A stretch of DNA of 63,815 bases, filler included, from Gonapodya sp. JEL0774 (GCA_027604505.1; 50 parts of 50 records of this genome joined end to end with filler, not necessarily neighbours in it), one strand, 5' to 3'. Positions 24,398-37,180 are shown, counted from the whole stretch's first letter. Notes: generated by a model not told the origin, from the letters alone. Made by a program: numbers and translations.

Positions 24398-24673
24398 AGA
24401 ACATCGCAGCTGTACGAAATCCATTGGGTTTGTATGGTCACATCCGAAAGCTTGCCCCAGGTGCTGATTATAGACACATCGGATGGTTGAGGATTCATCA
24501 ATGTCAGCGTCAGTGAAAGCAACTACTCACGCTTGTCCACCTGTGCTGAGAGGATAGATAGGGCCATATGTTGATTGCGTTTGACTGCACCATTGCGCTG
24601 GAGTGAGTTGAGCGGATGCGGGCCTGGGCAGGCCGAGCAGGCCACAGAGGATGACGGGCAACAACACTTTCAT
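24398..24673 (-). CDS. Small secreted protein N-terminus with a C..Y..P..TWG.L....Q.W....C module
   Basis: Signal peptide MKVLLPVILCGLLGLPRPASA; one intron; spliced WCSQTQSTYGPIYPLSTGGQATWGKLSDVTIQTQWISYSCD. Confidence 0.65.
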
Positions 24674-24849
24674 CAGACTGACGGAGGCCATCGAAATAGT
24701 GAAATTTGACAACGAATGCGTTCACTTATTTGCGCTAGAAGAGCAAGCAGCCTGCGAAGTGGTGATTTGTGCTTCTCCATAACACCAGGTACCCCCAATT
24801 CGGATGATTGCCCCACCAAGGAAAATAGCCTGCATGCATTACTGCAGTG

Positions 24850-25577
24850 TTACAATTCTTCAGAGTTACTTCCAAAGGAACTAAACGCCTCATTTGGCGT
24901 GCCTTTAGAAGCCAGAATGTCACACAACACATCTCCTAAGCACAGCGGAAACGTAAAGAGTTCTGTGCTAGAGTCGCCAGTGAAACCATAGGCTATGTAG
25001 TAGCACGCGCTTGCCTTTGCACAGATGCTTGTATACTGGGGTGAGCGCTTCAGGGCATCTAGTGAAATGTCATCCAATTCATCGAAACCAAACTCCGACA
25101 TAAGCTCAAGACGAATAGAATCTTGAATATCTTCAACTAACTCTCGGATCTATGATAGATTACAGAGGAATTGTTAATCGCAAGCGATGCTGGGACATGG
25201 ACCCAACGAGGGACGCCCGGGACACTCACGACCAATTTTATGTCATAATCCTTTTTATGCTTCCGGTAGCACTTTGCAACCTTGATCAAGAATCCACTCA
25301 CTAGCTCCCATTCTTTTCTCACCCCATACTGTTTCATTACCCTGGTGATTTCGGAATCGTACTTTGCCTTGACCGCTACGACGTCCCCAATATAATCCAA
25401 ATAGCCATCCACCAGAAGTTCAGGCGCAAGGGTCGGCTTTCGTTCGCTTATTGGTGGACTGTCCCTTTCTACTTCGGCACTACCGGCTCGGACAACTTCG
25501 TCGTACATCCTGCCAAGAACTTTATTTGAAGTATACGTGGCGTCGTACTTTTTCTCCATGTAATGTGGGTACGCGGG
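24850..25577 (-). CDS. Cellular (RNAi) RNA-dependent RNA polymerase, C-terminal region
   Basis: PHYMEKK...YTSNKVLGRMYD, KAKYDSEITRVMKQYGVRKEWELVSG, KASACYYIAY and FTFPL match the RDR/QDE-1 family tail. Confidence 0.85.
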
Positions 25578-25677
25578 NNNNNNNNNNNNNNNNNNNNNNN
25601 NNNNNNNNNNNNNNNNNNNNNTTAATTAATTAANNNNNNNNNNNNNNNNNNNNNNNNNNNNNNNNNNNNNNNNNNNN

Positions 25678-25856
25678 AGGTGGACCTTCTTGACTCGAGA
25701 TCCCTCGGTGAATGAGGTTCTCGGATTTACACGAGATTGTATAGTTTCAAGGCTCTTCGATGCCCTCAATGTCCGTAGTTCTTCCCTCAGTCTCTCATTT
25801 TCCAATCGTAAGTCGTCGATAGTCGGACTGGTCGTGCTGTGCAGGTTGTTGTCCAT
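25678..25856 (-). CDS. N-terminus of a coiled-coil protein immediately downstream of GMD
   Basis: MDNNLHSTTSPTIDDLRLENERLREELRTL... is open to the contig end. Confidence 0.4.
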
Positions 25857-25953
25857 TATGATCGGCTCACTCTGGGAACCACCATTCGCGACTTTCTGAT
25901 GCCTATATTTGCAGTGTGCATACGAATGAAGAGATTTACATGGCATGGACATA

Positions 25954-26857
<904 letters not shown>

Positions 26858-26957
26858 NNNNNNNNNNNNNNNNNNNNNNNNNNNNNNNNNNNNNNNNNNN
26901 NTTAATTAATTAANNNNNNNNNNNNNNNNNNNNNNNNNNNNNNNNNNNNNNNNNNNN

Positions 26958-28136
26958 TTATCTTGTTGTAGTGGTCCTCTCACCCAAGGATTCACCCTCC
27001 GCTCCCTTTCTGGCGTCCCCAGCTCATGAGGGTTGTACTCAGCATCCTCCGGTCGAACGGGATCCAGTCGTCGTTTTACATCGACGACGGGATCAACTTC
27101 GGAGAGACCCAACTGCACACAGCACTGGATCGGATCTTCTCTTGTCTTCTGCTTTTGTATCAGGGGTTTATAATCAGTTACCCCAAGATCATTCTCTCGG
27201 TGCACCGGCCCATTCACTTGGGTCCCATTTGGGATCTCAAGAAGGGCACTCTCTCCCTCACTCCCGCTCGCCTTCGCTCTCTGCGCAACAGGGTCAAGCT
27301 AGCCATCAGGAAGGACGCCATCCCGCTTCGGCAGGCAGCGTCCATCCTGGGCACACTGCAGTCCGCTCACGACGCCCTGTCATACGCGCAGCTCCAAGCT
27401 CTGCCCCTGCTTCAGGCTTACAACCGTATCCTGTCGCAGCGACACAACTCTTTCCAGGGCTCTTGGAACAGGCTGTTGGTCATATCCCCAGCCATTCGCC
27501 ACTCCCTGCATCAGTGGAACGGCGTCAGTTTCCTCCCGCCCAAGGTAGACTTGGTGATCACCTCCGACGCCTCGGAAACGGGTTCTGGAGCAAACCTTCG
27601 TGCAGCGCCAGTGCTCCCTGTCGTCTCAACGACCACGTCAATGGGAGACCAGCTTGTTGGACAGCCGATCTCCTCATTTGGCACCTTCATACTCTGTTTA
27701 CTCCAGCGGTTATTCGGGGCTGGTTTGCTAACCCGTCCATCCCGTTGACAGAGTTCATCCACATCCAAGTCCTGAAGGCTATCTCCTCCTTCCTTGGACT
27801 GAAGGCTTTCACGCACGAGACTCCCCTGCGGGGGAAGACGATCCTTCTGCTCACCGACAACACAGCTTCAGCCTACACCATGGCCAAGCAAGGTTGGTCT
27901 CGCTGCCCAGCGCTATCTCTGGTGGTCAGTCAGCTGCTGGATTGGGTGTGCTCCCACAGGGTGACTCTGTTCGTGGAGCACATCCCCGGATTGCTAAACA
28001 TGTTGGCGGTAAGTGTAGCCCTGCCCGCAGTTGCTACCCATGCTGCCTCTGATTCCCCCTGCGCCTGGACTGACTTTGTCATCTCTAGGATCACTACTCC
28101 CGTCTCCAGAGAGACACTCACGGCTGGAAACTCCAC
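26958..28136 (+). mobile_element. DIRS-type (tyrosine-recombinase retrotransposon) reverse transcriptase-RNase H, apparently intron-containing
   Basis: LMRVVLSILRSNGI..FYIDD, HLGPIWD, ITSDASETG, LLTDNTA, EHIPGLLNMLA|DHYSR and the following GWKL. Confidence 0.88.
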
Positions 28137-29962
28137 NNNNNNNNNNNNNNNNNNNNNNNNNNNNNNNNNNNNNNNNNNNNTTAATTAATTAANNNNNNNN
28201 NNNNNNNNNNNNNNNNNNNNNNNNNNNNNNNNNNNNCCCGGCGCATTGTGCAGACAGATGCTGACACGCTCGCACGTGAACCACATGATAGACCGCAAAA
28301 GCTACCGCGCGGGCGACGCTGTTGTATAGGATAGAGAGGAGGAAGAAGATGCTGGTGGATGTCGAGGGGGGGAACAGGTTCGAGCAGATCGAAGGTGGGT
28401 TAGTGTGGGAGGAGAGGGAGGAGAGGGGTGGGCTGGGGGGGTCGGGGGGCAGGGAGGGGGGGGTACACTGAAAGAGGCCGGCGACATCACAGGACGAGGG
28501 TCGGAGGGTGACTGACTCGCGGACATCACCGATCGAGCCCTCCTCCGCCTCCGCGTGGATGCGTTGGCGATTACAATGCGTGTGGTTTTAGGACTTAGGT
28601 CGTAGGTCGTTGGTCGTAGGGACCATGGGGCGAGGTGTGGGAGCCGAGTTTGTGCGGAGAGTGTGGACGGGAGGGGGAGGGGGACTGGGACTGGTCGGGC
28701 AAGGGATAGAGAGCAGTGGAACACACGGCTTGGGTGTGGGTAAGATGGTCAGATGGTGCACACTCAGGGGCGGGAGGGCAGGGACTGGGCCTCGGGCCAG
28801 GGCCCGGACCGGATATCGGCGAACAACACGAACATCAGGAACATGGTGGGACGGGAACGGGCACAGAGACTGAGGATGCACAATGACGAGCGGTGTGTGG
28901 TTACTCATTTGGTTGGGTTTCCTCGTCGAGAAGGAGGAATGGTGCCGCTCGCAGGCATGGACGACCCACGACAGCGTTGCGGAGTGGAGGATGGGCGAGC
29001 AGAGTGGCGGTTTAGGTGCGGCCTCGGAGCATGTGCTTCTCGGTTGCCACGTGCCATGATTTGAGAGGGTCACCGATGACGTGACGGGTCCTTGCCCCAC
29101 CCATACGCCGTGATCCCCGTTCCCTGCTGACTGCATCTTTCACACCCCGGTCGCACCACTCCACACCTCCGCACAAACGATACCCTTGCCTCCCCCAATA
29201 TACCAGATATCTCCCCCCGCGTTCCCCTCCGCCCCACCCGCGCCCCCGACGGCACTCCTACCACCACGAACTCCACCACGACGAGTTCTACCGCCACCTG
29301 GACAGCTTGCGTGGGCACTGGATCGGTCTCGTCGGCGACGTTGGGACAGGGACAGGGCCACACCACGCTGGGAAGGCAGGGGTGGCCCTTCGAGCACGGA
29401 TTTGGAGTGGGGTTGNNNNNNNNNNNNNNNNNNNNNNNNNNNNNNNNNNNNNNNNNNNNTTAATTAATTAANNNNNNNNNNNNNNNNNNNNNNNNNNNNN
29501 NNNNNNNNNNNNNNNGTATCAATACTGCGTCCTCGCCGCGCCTTCCTACGTCTGCGGAGCACCTGGTGGGTGGGGGTCCGCAGACCGGGGGTAGTGCCGA
29601 TTCCAATTTCTTAGCTGTAGACTTCTTAGCTTAAACGTCAATAAACATTGAGTCATCAGCATTACTATTTAATTGCCCAGTGTGTATTGTTGAGATCGCA
29701 CGAGTGTGGTTGCTCGATCACCTGACTTCAGATATGCAGCTAAATATGGTGAATACAAGCAAGCTTACTAGAGAAAACTGAGGTGGAAGGATCTTCTTTA
29801 AAATTTTAACTACTCCAAATCATCTCGTGAATTGAATTCAATGTTTGTCGTTTCAAATGTCGGAGCTCTGCAGAGTTCAGCTCCGGCCTTGTGGAGTTCG
29901 GCTCCGCTCTTCCGCAATTGCTCTTTCAGTTGACGTTACATTTGGCCGCTTGGACAAAAACA

Positions 29963-30693
29963 ATGTCAGAAATCGTGGATGTCGACTCTGGGATGCTGAC
30001 TTCAGCAGAAGGCAGAGCTGCCCTTCCAGCTGAGAAAGCTTCCGATCCTCGTCCAACCATTCCCACCACCTCCGCAATCACTTATAATAAAGGACACCCC
30101 CTTCCTGCCGGGAAGAATTCAAACTGTTGGAGATACTTTATTGCGGAAACTAAGGATTCAGCAAAGTGCTCAATCTGCCAGTGAGTATTGGTTCGGCTGC
30201 AAGCCGCTTCGCAACCAAACAGGCAGGTTACCAACTACCACTACAGGATAACACGTCTCACCAAGTCTGGGACAACAACCAATCTCAATGAGCACTTGGT
30301 CCTCCATCATGCCAATGTGATTCCAGAAAAGTGGCTTGCAACAATGAAACCAGGCTGGAAGAGTGGAAAAGCTTCCCAAGCTGGCCAGTCTGCACTTAAC
30401 TTTGGTGGAAGAGCAGCAGGAGGCAGTGATGGACACTTGGGCAGTGTGGTGGCATGTGTTTCTTCCTTGAGGGCATTGTCCACAGCACTGTCAGCTAATG
30501 TTTGATGTTGCTCCCCACATTTGTGCTTGCCCCACCTTTCCCCCAACTCCAAAGCAGGCGTTTTCACAAGAGGAGCTTCGTGATATATTGGTGGAGCTTT
30601 TTGCCGTTGAAAATCCGCCATTCTCAAAGATTGAATCCCGAATCTTACGGAGACTCCTGTACTTCATGAGACCTGGCGTGACAATCAACGGTG
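29963..30693 (+). mobile_element. hAT-family transposase N-terminus with a BED zinc finger, spliced
   Basis: CWRYF...AKCSICQ|ITRLTKSGTTTNLNEHLVLHH (intron 30181-30246) and ELFAVENPPFSKIESRILRRLLYFMRP. Confidence 0.82.
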
Positions 30694-30793
30694 NNNNNNN
30701 NNNNNNNNNNNNNNNNNNNNNNNNNNNNNNNNNNNNNTTAATTAATTAANNNNNNNNNNNNNNNNNNNNNNNNNNNNNNNNNNNNNNNNNNNN

Positions 30794-31922
30794 ACTGGAG
30801 TGGATTCCACGGGGTAAGGACCTTTCCGAGTATCCCAGTACGCTGAGACAAAATATCACAGATTAATCCTTGTTTAAAGCATGCGTCAGTGAGACAAGGC
30901 TCACATAGTGTTCCATTATAGCACCCTCCGACCAAGATGTGTGGATCCTTTGGGTTGTATTTGAGGCATACGACTCCACTCCCCTGCGGTGTGAGAGTTT
31001 GATCTGGCGCGTTTGGATTCTCTACATCCCAAATATAGCTGTCAAGGCTGGCCGGGGTGTGGTGTTGGAATGAAACGGGACTGTACGCAACCGCGAGCTT
31101 GTGACCGGAATCGGGATACCAAGAGAGGTGAGCTGCCGGACGAGGAGATGGATTGGGATCACTAGCACAATGTTCTGTCAATTCATTGGAGAGGGAAACT
31201 CTCATGGCTTTCGTTCGTTACCGGAAAACGTTGACTGATTTGGCAGACGGCGGTTCAGAGGAGAGAGACTCTTGAGTATCAGAAAAGTACTCTTGGTAAA
31301 TGTCGAGCGCATTGTTTTGTTTGATACAGTGTTCCACGACCTGTCGAGAAAACCGGCGGCGGTGTTGCATTCAAAAGATCAATGGATGCCACGTCAAAGA
31401 GTCATGCTTACCTCCCCAAGCTCTTGGACTACTCTGGCGTAGTCTTCATCTTTCTCTATCTGCAAAGAGCAGGTTATGACAATTCGCTCCGGCTTCCAGT
31501 ATGAGCAAGTATTCGTTCAAGTTCATCAGAACATCGCACCTTCTTTCGGAAACGAATTGTGTGTTCCACGTCGGTCGGGTCAACGTCCTTTGGCCATCCA
31601 CCTTGCAAATGCAGGATTCCGTGGCTTTCATACGCTACCGATTCGGTGTTGGCGTCGTGCTCGGACAGTTCGGGACCAGCTTGGCTTTCGGTAGTTGAAG
31701 GATTGCGAACGACAAAGTTTCGAGCCGCGGCGGGATCCGGAGGTATATTTGTACTGAGAATAGGCTCGCGGTCCCGGAAGAGTGGTTGTTTACCAAACTG
31801 TTGAAGACGGCGCAATAACGAGGTTTGGCGTCTCAGTGATGAGCATCCGGAAAACTGGAGAAGCATTCGTGATGTCTGCGGACCTCTTTCCGTTTCCTCT
31901 GGTACACATAGACAATCTCCAT
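30794..31922 (-). CDS. DNAI2: Axonemal outer-arm dynein intermediate chain 2 (IC69/ODA6 orthologue), 5' part
   Basis: [66 protein letters not shown] and [16 protein letters not shown]. Confidence 0.95.
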
Positions 31923-32071
31923 CGCTTGAACTGACGCTTGAAATGAAAGTGTGGAGAGTACCCAACCGCAANNNNNNNNNNNNNNNNNNNNNNNNNNNNN
32001 NNNNNNNNNNNNNNNTTAATTAATTAANNNNNNNNNNNNNNNNNNNNNNNNNNNNNNNNNNNNNNNNNNNN

Positions 32072-32617
32072 TTCAAGCTTTGTTCCTCTGGCTGGAAGTG
32101 CCGAGAAAGTGGGGATGGTGGATAAACGCCGGTTTTGCCCATTTTGAGGCGAGGAACGGCGATGGAATGCTCAGAGGATAAAAAGAGGGACAAAAGAGAC
32201 GCAAGCAGAGGCGAGCGATTGCGAACCACTTTCGCAGGCAAGCTCCTTTGTGGGGCGGATGGAGTGCTGGAGGGCTCCGCCACAGAGGGTACCACACACT
32301 CTTCTGGCACCACGGAAATCATCAGTGACGTACGCCGACAACCAACTCCGTCCCTGATCTCAAAGACGACGTCATTTACGGATTTCATCTCTACATCTGC
32401 AGTACCTGATCCTCCCAGGAGGGGAATCAGTTACATAATGCCAGTGTTTTATGTAAGTCGCGGCCCGCGCTTCAGTTCGATCCGACACACACCGTCATCC
32501 AACAAATATCAAACGGTCATTCAAAGAGCTGTATCGCACACTATTCAGGCATTCTTAAACACTGCCACTCCTCCGCCCATCACCACCACATTCCGCTCCT
32601 TCACCTTCACTCGATAG
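32072..32617 (+). CDS. C-terminal exon of an unidentified protein
   Basis: Long open frame ending at 32617. Confidence 0.35.
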
Positions 32618-32955
32618 GCAACCGTCACCTCACCCCCTAGTTCCTTCACCTTCCACGTCTCAGTGACAAGGGTTTCACTGCAGTATACTGGACTCGTGAA
32701 CCGGCCGCGGACGGACACGAGACTGGTGCTCGGAGTAGGCGCCCAAGCAGAGACGAGAGCTGAAAATTACAACAGTTAGTGGCGTCGACAATTGATACGT
32801 AAGGCACAACGAAGAGCGGTACAAGCCGGCGTCTTCGAAAGCGTACCATGACTAGCGATTCCAAACTGACGAGTACCGGTTTGATATAAATGAAATGTGG
32901 TATAGTCGTCAGCGATGCTTCCCCCAAGCATATCTAAATCTTGCTAGAAAAGTTA

Positions 32956-33054
<99 letters not shown>

Positions 33055-33349
33055 TCATGAATCACGGCGAGGCAGTATGAGCCTCACAACCATGATTTTT
33101 GCTGCACTCTCCACCCTCATCGCATGAATCGACCCACCTATAAAGCCTAGCCTGACCTTCATTTGTGGTGAACTCCACCACACGATCTGGTTCTCGGCTT
33201 GGAATGTCCACCGCGTTGGGCTTCGGTGGCCTCGATCCGCCGAACCCACNNNNNNNNNNNNNNNNNNNNNNNNNNNNNNNNNNNNNNNNNNNNTTAATTA
33301 ATTAANNNNNNNNNNNNNNNNNNNNNNNNNNNNNNNNNNNNNNNNNNNN

Positions 33350-34484
33350 GTACGGGTTGAAAATTGTTGAAGAAAAGGATACATGCAATTCAAAAAGCTT
33401 GATACATACCGCTAAGTTTCACTCCGTTGATCAAAGACTTTGTGCAAGACGGGCACGCAATCACGAGGTCACCTTTGGCGTCCTTTGAGGTCGCGAACTC
33501 GACAGGAAAGAGCTTTTTGGCACTGCACCGGTTCAATTGCGTCAAGCTTCCCACACAACTATTTCGAAACTCTCTCGGGTCCGCATACCTGATAGGATGA
33601 GGTGGGTCGTCCGCGCAGCACACTACTTCGGTTTTTGATACTTCAGGAGCCGTTGGTGTAGCGTTGGGGGTGAGAGATGGCTTTGCAGGCGAGTTTTCGC
33701 GTGAGAGCAGAGTCAGTTCCTGAATGTCACTCTGAATAATCCCGCGACCCGCGAACTCACCACCCAAAACGACGGAAGCTCCCCCCTCTTCTCCCCATTT
33801 CCCCTCGCCTCACTCTTACCCTCCAAGTCACTCGCTGCAGGTCCATTTCCTCCAACGCCCATACTCCCCTGCGCCTTTTGGAACCGCTCGATCTCCCTCT
33901 CCCGCTGACGCTCCGCCTCTTCCCTCTGTCGGACCGTCTCGGCGCTCACATGTTGTGTGACAGCTTGGCTTTGCCGGGCGATTTCGGTCTTCTGGGCGAG
34001 GATCTGGCGGTAGTGAGGCGTTGAAGGGTGTGTCCCACCAATCGCAAGTAGAATCAGAGCGTGTCCCAAACACATCACCCAGCGGCAAAACCAACAGACG
34101 TACGTTCTCCAATATGCACTCTTTACAGGCGATGTGTCCCTTAGGACTGAAACCGATTTCGGAAACGTTCGAACAATGACCTCGATGTCCTCATCAAGTA
34201 CAACTCTCCAGGCAAACCTGCACAACTCACCAACACATGGGGTTTATCGCCCTGGCCAAACACAGCCAACACTCATAGAAGCTCCGCAATGACTCCTTCC
34301 CAAGGCGTTGCTGGGGCCGATTGAAGCCAGAATATCAAAGGTCACATGATGCCAATCGAACACAGGAATCCCTCGAGAGCACCGGCACAGGCCTCATCAA
34401 ATGTACCTTTTGTGTTCCATATTTTAGCAAGGACCGCTCATAGGCGGTGAAGACGGGGAGGGAGCAGTTGTTTTTGGAGTGTCT
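33350..34484 (-). CDS. NOSIP: Nitric oxide synthase-interacting protein homologue (RING/U-box)
   Basis: RHSKNNCSLPVFTAYER..YGTQK|QRLGKESLRSFYECWLCL, ILAQKTEIARQ, LPSFWV|PSLTP and CPSCTKSL. Confidence 0.88.
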
Positions 34485-35305
34485 GCGACGGTGATAATTG
34501 AGCGGTTGGGGAGGGTGAAATGGGGGNNNNNNNNNNNNNNNNNNNNNNNNNNNNNNNNNNNNNNNNNNNNTTAATTAATTAANNNNNNNNNNNNNNNNNN
34601 NNNNNNNNNNNNNNNNNNNNNNNNNNGAGGTGAGTGGAACGGGTGGCAAGTACACGAGCATGGAACAGTGGATGCAGAAAGGAGCGCTGCACCTGTTGCC
34701 CCAATCACAAGCACTGCCAACTATGAGAGGAGCAGTGACAACTGTCATACCTCGGGTGTTGGTGGTTTCCATGAGGATGGTATCATGGATGCAAGTGAAG
34801 TGAGCGGAACACCAATCTTTGAGCAGATGGGAGCGCAAAGAGTGTCAAAAGCACACGCATGTATCATGTATTGAGATGCTAACATCGGTCTTGTTGAAAC
34901 TGTTGTGCCCAACTTCGTGGGATAGGATATACTGTAGTCTAATGTTACGCAATTGTATACACACAGTCAGAATTATGGAAGCAATTCAGAAATACATGAA
35001 CATCATCAAATTTGTTAGATTGAAACGTGCGGGACCTGTCCATTGGTTCATTCCTGGAAGTGCCGCTGTTTTCACGCCTTCTGTTGACCCGACAGAGCGT
35101 TGGTAATTGCAATTAAACTTCACGATCTTTTCGACTTTCAGATCTGTACAAGTGCAATTTTTGAATGTCTGTCGGCCCGACAGAGCAAAAAAGTTGCCGA
35201 GTGCGGAAACACACGGCTGTTGATCAGCCACACACAGCACATCCCGAAGTCAAGTTTCCATCAGAGACATCCATTCAATACATTCCATCACAATCTGAAA
35301 ACATC

Positions 35306-35785
35306 ATGCCTCCAAAGGCAAAGAAAGCAGCCGAACAGGAACCACCAAAAAGAGGGACGTCACGGTCCCCATCTCCAGCTGCCATCGAGGCACGCGGGAA
35401 CTTCACAAATGAGCTCCATAAATGGGAGGTCTCCCCCGGTAAAATATACAAGATCAGCTTGGAACTGATTGATCCTGACGATTATGTGGATGTCCGAGAG
35501 TGCAATGAAAGCGAACAGACCCTCCAACCTGTCTGGTGAGTGTTTCATTCAGTCCAACTGCGACCAATTTTTCAATTGTGAGTACATACATTACTATATA
35601 GTGATTCACTTAAAGCTCGCGGATGGTTAGACACTACTCCAGGGATACTTCGGTTGAAAGCCCCTGATGCACCTCGACCTGGTGGAACAGGATATGGCAC
35701 TGTTGATGGCCGGCATCGTCTCGCTTGTGTGACGGCAAATCTTGTTGAGGAGATCTCAAAACAACTTGTGAAACTGAAACGCCAG
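35306..35785 (+). CDS. ParB/Srx-fold (ParB N-terminal-like) domain protein, first two exons
   Basis: Intron 35536-35601 (GTGAGT...TAG) gives ISLELIDPDDYVDVRE...VCDSLKARGWLDTTPGILR...YGTVDGRHRLAC; next donor at 35786. Confidence 0.72.
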
Positions 35786-35903
35786 GTGAGTGTGATGGTA
35801 TGTNNNNNNNNNNNNNNNNNNNNNNNNNNNNNNNNNNNNNNNNNNNNTTAATTAATTAANNNNNNNNNNNNNNNNNNNNNNNNNNNNNNNNNNNNNNNNN
35901 NNN

Positions 35904-37080
35904 CTCGTTGATCGAGATCAAATGGTATGCCGAACTCTCCCACGACCGTGGGATGGGGCCCTATCGGGGTTCAAAAGTTGACAATCAGAAGGTAAGCATA
36001 GAAGGTGCCAGAAATCAGCGCTCACCCAACATTGTCAATCCTTCGGACCACAGTGTATCCATGGCTTCGACGAATGCCTTGCGAGTGGCCCTCTCGCCGA
36101 TTCGCACAGCTCCTAGAAGGGAATACTTACCACGAACGTAGTTGAGATAGTCAACAGTAAACCTGGATAAATTTCCCGACGCACGGAGACGAAATGAGAT
36201 TAAATAAACAGATCAACAGTTCCCGTCCTCACCATCCTCTCCAGTGCTTCGACATCAAGGTGAGGCCGTCATACCAGTGAGGAGCATAGCACATTCTTTC
36301 TGCCGCCCTGGCATCAACCTTGATTCCTTGCGCACCTGATACGAGAATGGCAGCTTCTCCTTTCGATCGGCGGTGCTCCGTTTTCATATCGTTCCCGGTG
36401 ACAAGCACCGGTGAGGTGCTTCCAGTGGTGCCCACGGATGAAGTTGACCAAACTCTTGCGCCGATATCTGTGGTAGATCTGGTACTTGCTTCCGTAGCAG
36501 CCCGAAGCCGTCGTGCAGGGATATGAACCCCAGGAAGATCAAGCAGGAGAGGCCGGGCCCGGTCGGCAGGCGAAACCGAAGCAGAGGCCACGACAGATTT
36601 TGTGTCATCTTCTTCACCAAACTCTTCCTCTTTCCACGCGGGTGGAGCTGTCATAACCGGGGGCTCGAGGAACACGACCGCCAATTTGTCAATACACCGA
36701 ATCCCATAGCCGAAGGCACGAACAAAGGGAACCCAAAAATCTCGAAGAAAGTCTGCATCCAAGCCAGTGCGTGGGTCTTTTCGGAAGTAATCCCGTTTCA
36801 GCGCCCGGAACCCTCTTCCGGATTCAGTTCGTTCCCATACATCATGCAGCTTCCACACACAACCGCCAGATACTCCACCCCATCGATCTTCATCAATCCA
36901 GCAAGACTTTGTTCTTGGATCCAGAGTTATCTTCCCTGCGCGTCGCGGTCCAGTTGCGCCGAAACCCCATTCCTCGACCTCCACAGACAACCCATCCCCC
37001 GCCGCCCAGCCTTCTACAGCAGTGGGGGTGTAACCGTTGCGTACTTCTTGACGATGGTCGAGTTTAGTGATGTCCTCTAG
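35904..37080 (-). CDS. GH5 endoglycoceramidase-related protein (EGCrP/Egh1-like), internal part
   Basis: GCVWKLHDVW, DFLRDFWVPFVRAF..IR, VFLEPPV and YAPHWYDGLTLMSKHW. Confidence 0.85.
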
Positions 37081-37180
37081 NNNNNNNNNNNNNNNNNNNN
37101 NNNNNNNNNNNNNNNNNNNNNNNNTTAATTAATTAANNNNNNNNNNNNNNNNNNNNNNNNNNNNNNNNNNNNNNNNNNNN

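Noticed and set aside
26971..27700. Long overlapping ORF on top of the DIRS RT as a separate gene
   Set aside because: Its first part has no recognisable tyrosine-recombinase or gag motif; only its 3' part carries RNase H motifs.
28237..29415. GC-rich, purine-skewed contig with several Pro/Gly-rich ORFs
   Set aside because: The low-complexity ORFs are explained by base composition; no recognisable domain or RNA gene.
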